NCBI GenBank assembly: GCA_013239625.1
Contig: MU056000.1
Coordinates: 1,612,001 to 1,676,000, forward strand
Reading direction: 5' to 3'
Source of the DNA: Lama guanicoe
Lineage: Eukaryota
DNA: 64,000 nt
Shown: in pieces, positions 60,760 through 64,000 of the stretch
Numbering within the stretch: position 1 is the first letter of the stretch
Layout: each line of letters opens with the position of its first letter
Position numbers and translations under genes: made by a program
Notes under the pieces: model-generated
Databases searched by the model: none
Told to the model about the DNA's origin: nothing
The model's input: only the letters and a program-made list of their open reading frames with translations

Positions 60760-61700
60760 CCCCTTGCCAGTGACGGGACGAGGCCGGGTTAGGCCGCGCG
60801 CAGGACACGAGCCCCCGTGACAGCCGTGCGCGCCCGCCGCAGACCGGCGTGGCTGAGCCCTGCGCGGAGGGGCTTCCCTCTCCGCCGTCACGTAGCCCTG
60901 CGTGTCGGGGAAGGACCACCGCTCCTCCTCCTCCCCCTGCACGCGCTCCTCGTTCGTTGGCTTTTTCCGTTAGAAGAGACTCTAAACCTCCCCGGGGTCC
61001 CCAGCTTAATAAGCCCCTTCCTCTGGATGCCGAACGGGACACGAGACAGCCCAGAAAGACCTCTGGACACTAAATACAGCGGGAGCTGCCGCCTCGGAAG
61101 CGCCTGCTGTCCCCCGCTCACTCCGGGGAGCCGCGGGGCCGCCCTCCTCCCGGCCTGCGCGCGGACACGGGCCCCGAGCTCCAGGCCCCCGCCCGCGCCT
61201 CCCGCGGGCCGCCCTCCGCCTCTGCGCGNNNNNNNNNNNNNNNNNNNNNNNNNNNNNNNNNNNNNNNNCGCCCTCCGCCTCTGCGCGGCCGCGTCCCGGG
61301 GCGCAGGCCCGGCGGCCCCTGGCCCCTGCGCGGGGCTCTGCCGGGAGCCTGCCGCGCGCCCTCTCGCCCGGCCTTCCGGCCTCCCTGTGTAAGCGCCACC
61401 CTCCAGCAGGCTGGGAGCGACTTGGCGCGTTTTTCTGAGAAAACCCAGGTCTTCCCGATGACTCAGGATTGGCAGGGATGTCCCCCTTTCAGTACGCGGC
61501 CTGCGTGCTCCAGGGCGGTGTACAGTCCCCCCCGGCGCTTCCCTCCGTGCCCCCTCCTCTCCCGAGTGACCGCCTTCACCGCCGGGCCCGTGGACCCTTT
61601 CCTCGTCCACTTCACCAGAGCGAGCAGGCGCCGCCGTGCTCCTCTCGCCGTCTCTCCGACGCAAGGGTATTCTCCGTCCTGCGTGCCTGACATCACAGCG
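60760..61700. promoter_or_regulatory. CpG island (densest at 61080-61390), possible promoter or enhancer
   Basis: Highest CpG and GC density in the window, with CCGCCC boxes. Contains an assembly gap, as is typical of extreme-GC sequence. Confidence 0.6.
61229..61268. other. Assembly gap (40 N)
   Basis: Run of N. Confidence 1.
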
Positions 61701-61804
61701 TCCCCAGGTGCCCCATACCCTGCGGCTGGAGGGGGCTCGGACACCCCTTCCCCGTGTGGCTTCCTGGTCTGTGATCACCTTCTCCCCGACGGGTTCCCTG
61801 CGCT

Positions 61805-62260
61805 CTTCTCTTGTGGCTGCTGTGACAACGCACCACAAACTGAGGGGCTTAAAACACCAAAAATGTGTTCTCTCACAGCTCTGGGAGTCAGAGTGAACCA
61901 AGGCGCTGGCCCAGCCATGCTGCCTCGTCTCCAGGGGACGGTCCATCCTGCCCCTTTCAGCTGCTGATGGTCCTGGTGTCCCAGGCTTGTGGTCCCATCA
62001 CTCCAATCTCTGCCTCCATCTTCACGGGACCTCCTCCGGGACCCCTGTTCTACATCTGCCCGTCTAATCTCTGTCTGCCTCCCACTCTCAGGAGCCCTGA
62101 CATTGGATCTAGGGCCCACCCAGGGAGTCCAGGGAAAGCGCCTCATCCCAGAACCCTCCATCACATCTTCCCTTTTCCCTTTTCCCAAATAAGATGCCGT
62201 TCACAGGTCTGGGGTCAGCACGCGGACAGTCTTCAGAGGCCACCGTTCACCCCACCGCAG
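61805..62260 (-). mobile_element. MaLR LTR (MLT1C-like), near full length
   Basis: GTGGCTGCTGTGACAACGCACCACAAACTGAGGGGCTTAAAACACCA...TCTCACAGCTCTGG...CATCACTCCAATCTCTGCCTCCATCTTCAC...CATTGGATCTAGGGCCCACCC...TTTCCCAAATAAGATGCCGTTCACAGGT. Confidence 0.9.
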
Positions 62261-64000
62261 TTGGCAACGTTGGATGTCTCACTGTAGCGGGAACTCCTGG
62301 GCCAGCCCTGCTTCCCAGTGTGGAGACAAGACCTCGGCACACCCTCCAGGAGAGGTGCTGAGGGCTGGGGGTGGCTGCCGGGCAGTTTTGCTAGCTTTTG
62401 TCCAACTTCCCTCCAAGGGTTGCCTTTCTCTTACACGTGTGAGGCCGGACCTCTATCCGTGGGCTTGAAGGTAATTTCACGCGCTTGCATTTTCAGCGAC
62501 ACGTCTTTCCTTGTCACACATGAGATGGACACTCATCTACTGAGTGTTCGGGTCTGTTTTTCCCTTGACTATTTAAAACATCTTAAAAATTAAGATTTTT
62601 AGCCCTAAAGCTAAGATAGGAGCTGTTACCGTGTCCCCAGTTGGTGTTGCTTTGGATCAAGGTGACTTGGGGGGTTTGGGGCCACGCGCACTTTTGTACA
62701 GCGTGGTTTTATTACTTTTCTTGCTTTAATTGCATCTTTATTTGGATCGTGGTGGGAAGGCGTTCACTAGTCAGGTTAGAAGTGAACTCGTCCATGTGCT
62801 CTGAGAGTGCACTACAAATCTCATTGAAATTTTTTTTCATATGGACCTCTGACCCTTTTTACAGGGCAGAGGCCTCTGAAGGGAGCCTCTGCCTCGGGGC
62901 AGATGAGGCCTCGGGGTGCTGGGATAGATGGAGGTCCCTGCTCACACTGACCAGTGAATTAGCCGGGATGACTCCAGCACCCAGGATGGACCTGCCCTTG
63001 GAAGACGCAGTGGTTGCAGGTGGCCGGTGCGGAAGGCGCTCTGAGCGCTAGACAGGCCTCTGCCCTCCCTCTCCAGCCGTCCAGGCCCCCATCTCCCCTT
63101 CGGGCAGTGGACGATCTGAGCTGCAGGTGCCCCCTCGTAATCCGGCGACACCAAACAGGAGCTCCCAGCATCCAGGAAGGAGTCCGATATTTACAGCGAG
63201 GGTGCGGAGCCAGACCCGGGAGGAACCAGGCAGGACCCCACCCCTGCTCAGAGCGTGAGAGGTCACTCCAGGTTCGGGGTATCTCCACAAATTCTCGGAT
63301 CACACGCCCTCCTGAGAGAAGCAAAACCATCAGAGGACCACTCGGAAGCAGAGCATACCATTTCCAGAGCATTCTTGTGACGTTCTGTACCATGTACAGT
63401 CATTTTCCAAAATCAACACTTTTCTTTTTCCAGCAGATAGGCAAATGTAGATCTCAAAAAAGCCTAAAACCAAACTTCAGAGAAAAAATAAAGCATCCAT
63501 TCACAGAATTTAGCATACCCTTGTCCTCAAAAATGAAGTTGGTTCACACACAGTTTAAGCAAAATATCTACAATTCTGGCCCCAAATGCATGTTTAGTTA
63601 CAGTTCACAGAGGAGAGGTGACTGGTCAGGCAACTCGCTCGTGGCTAACAGACCATCACAGGGAGACGGACTCTCCGTGGTGACCACGCCCGCACATTTC
63701 AACACACACCATCACTGGCCTTGCTGCTGGAAGCTTCTGTCCCATCTGGACACCATGAATGGGGGTCATCCCCCGGGCGCACAGGCACCAAACACAAAAC
63801 ACTCCCTACAATGTACGTGTCAGACGCCCACTTCTGAAAGCTGTCAATGGATCCTGTTAGCTGCTTTTAAGCAACAAAGTTGGGGGAAAAACATTATGCA
63901 AAAAAGAAGTCTAATTCTCTTCCATTGTGCATTTATAGAATATTTATAGGCTGTTTATAGACGGCCTGTGCACACAGTCCATGCCATCAGCGTGTTTCAA

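Noticed and set aside
60888-61946. 352-aa ORF
   Set aside because: Begins inside an MLT1 LTR and reads through an N gap in a CpG island.
62865-62893. Inverted repeat GGCAGAGGC...GCCTCTGCC (terminator or pre-miRNA?)
   Set aside because: A 9-bp stem is too short for a pre-miRNA and is expected by chance in 64 kb of GC-rich DNA.
63014-63949. 311-aa ORF, partly in moderate-GC sequence
   Set aside because: Non-ATG start, no similarity to any protein I recognise, and patchy composition. A BLASTP/PhyloCSF check is cheap, but I cannot support a CDS.

Overview
Mammalian nuclear DNA, not microbial. It is most likely a camelid: three copies of a tRNA-derived SINE match the camelid Vic-1-type element as I recall it, and the L1 3' ends are of cetartiodactyl type. 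The window is very GC- and CpG-rich, like a subtelomeric isochore, with one AT-rich L1-dense block at about 35.4-38.2 kb. I cannot recognise any protein-coding gene, structural RNA gene or CRISPR array. The several hundred ORFs in the track are the overlapping, P/G/A/R-rich frames expected by chance at high GC. Supportable content: interspersed repeats (L1, L2, SINE, MaLR MLT1, MER21 LTR, a Tigger1 derivative), several tandem repeats, two assembly gaps, CpG-dense segments, and AT-rich non-repetitive islands with homeobox, GATA and forkhead motifs that look like enhancers. The most notable observations are: a strongly one-directional AT->GC shift in old repeat copies, suggesting GC-biased gene conversion; a possible SINE-L1 chimeric insertion; a minisatellite with 46-bp higher-order structure; a 21-bp repeat reading as an acidic heptad; and candidate minus-strand exons. 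I found no evidence for a novel biological system. Repeat family names come from remembered consensus sequences and need RepeatMasker/Dfam confirmation.
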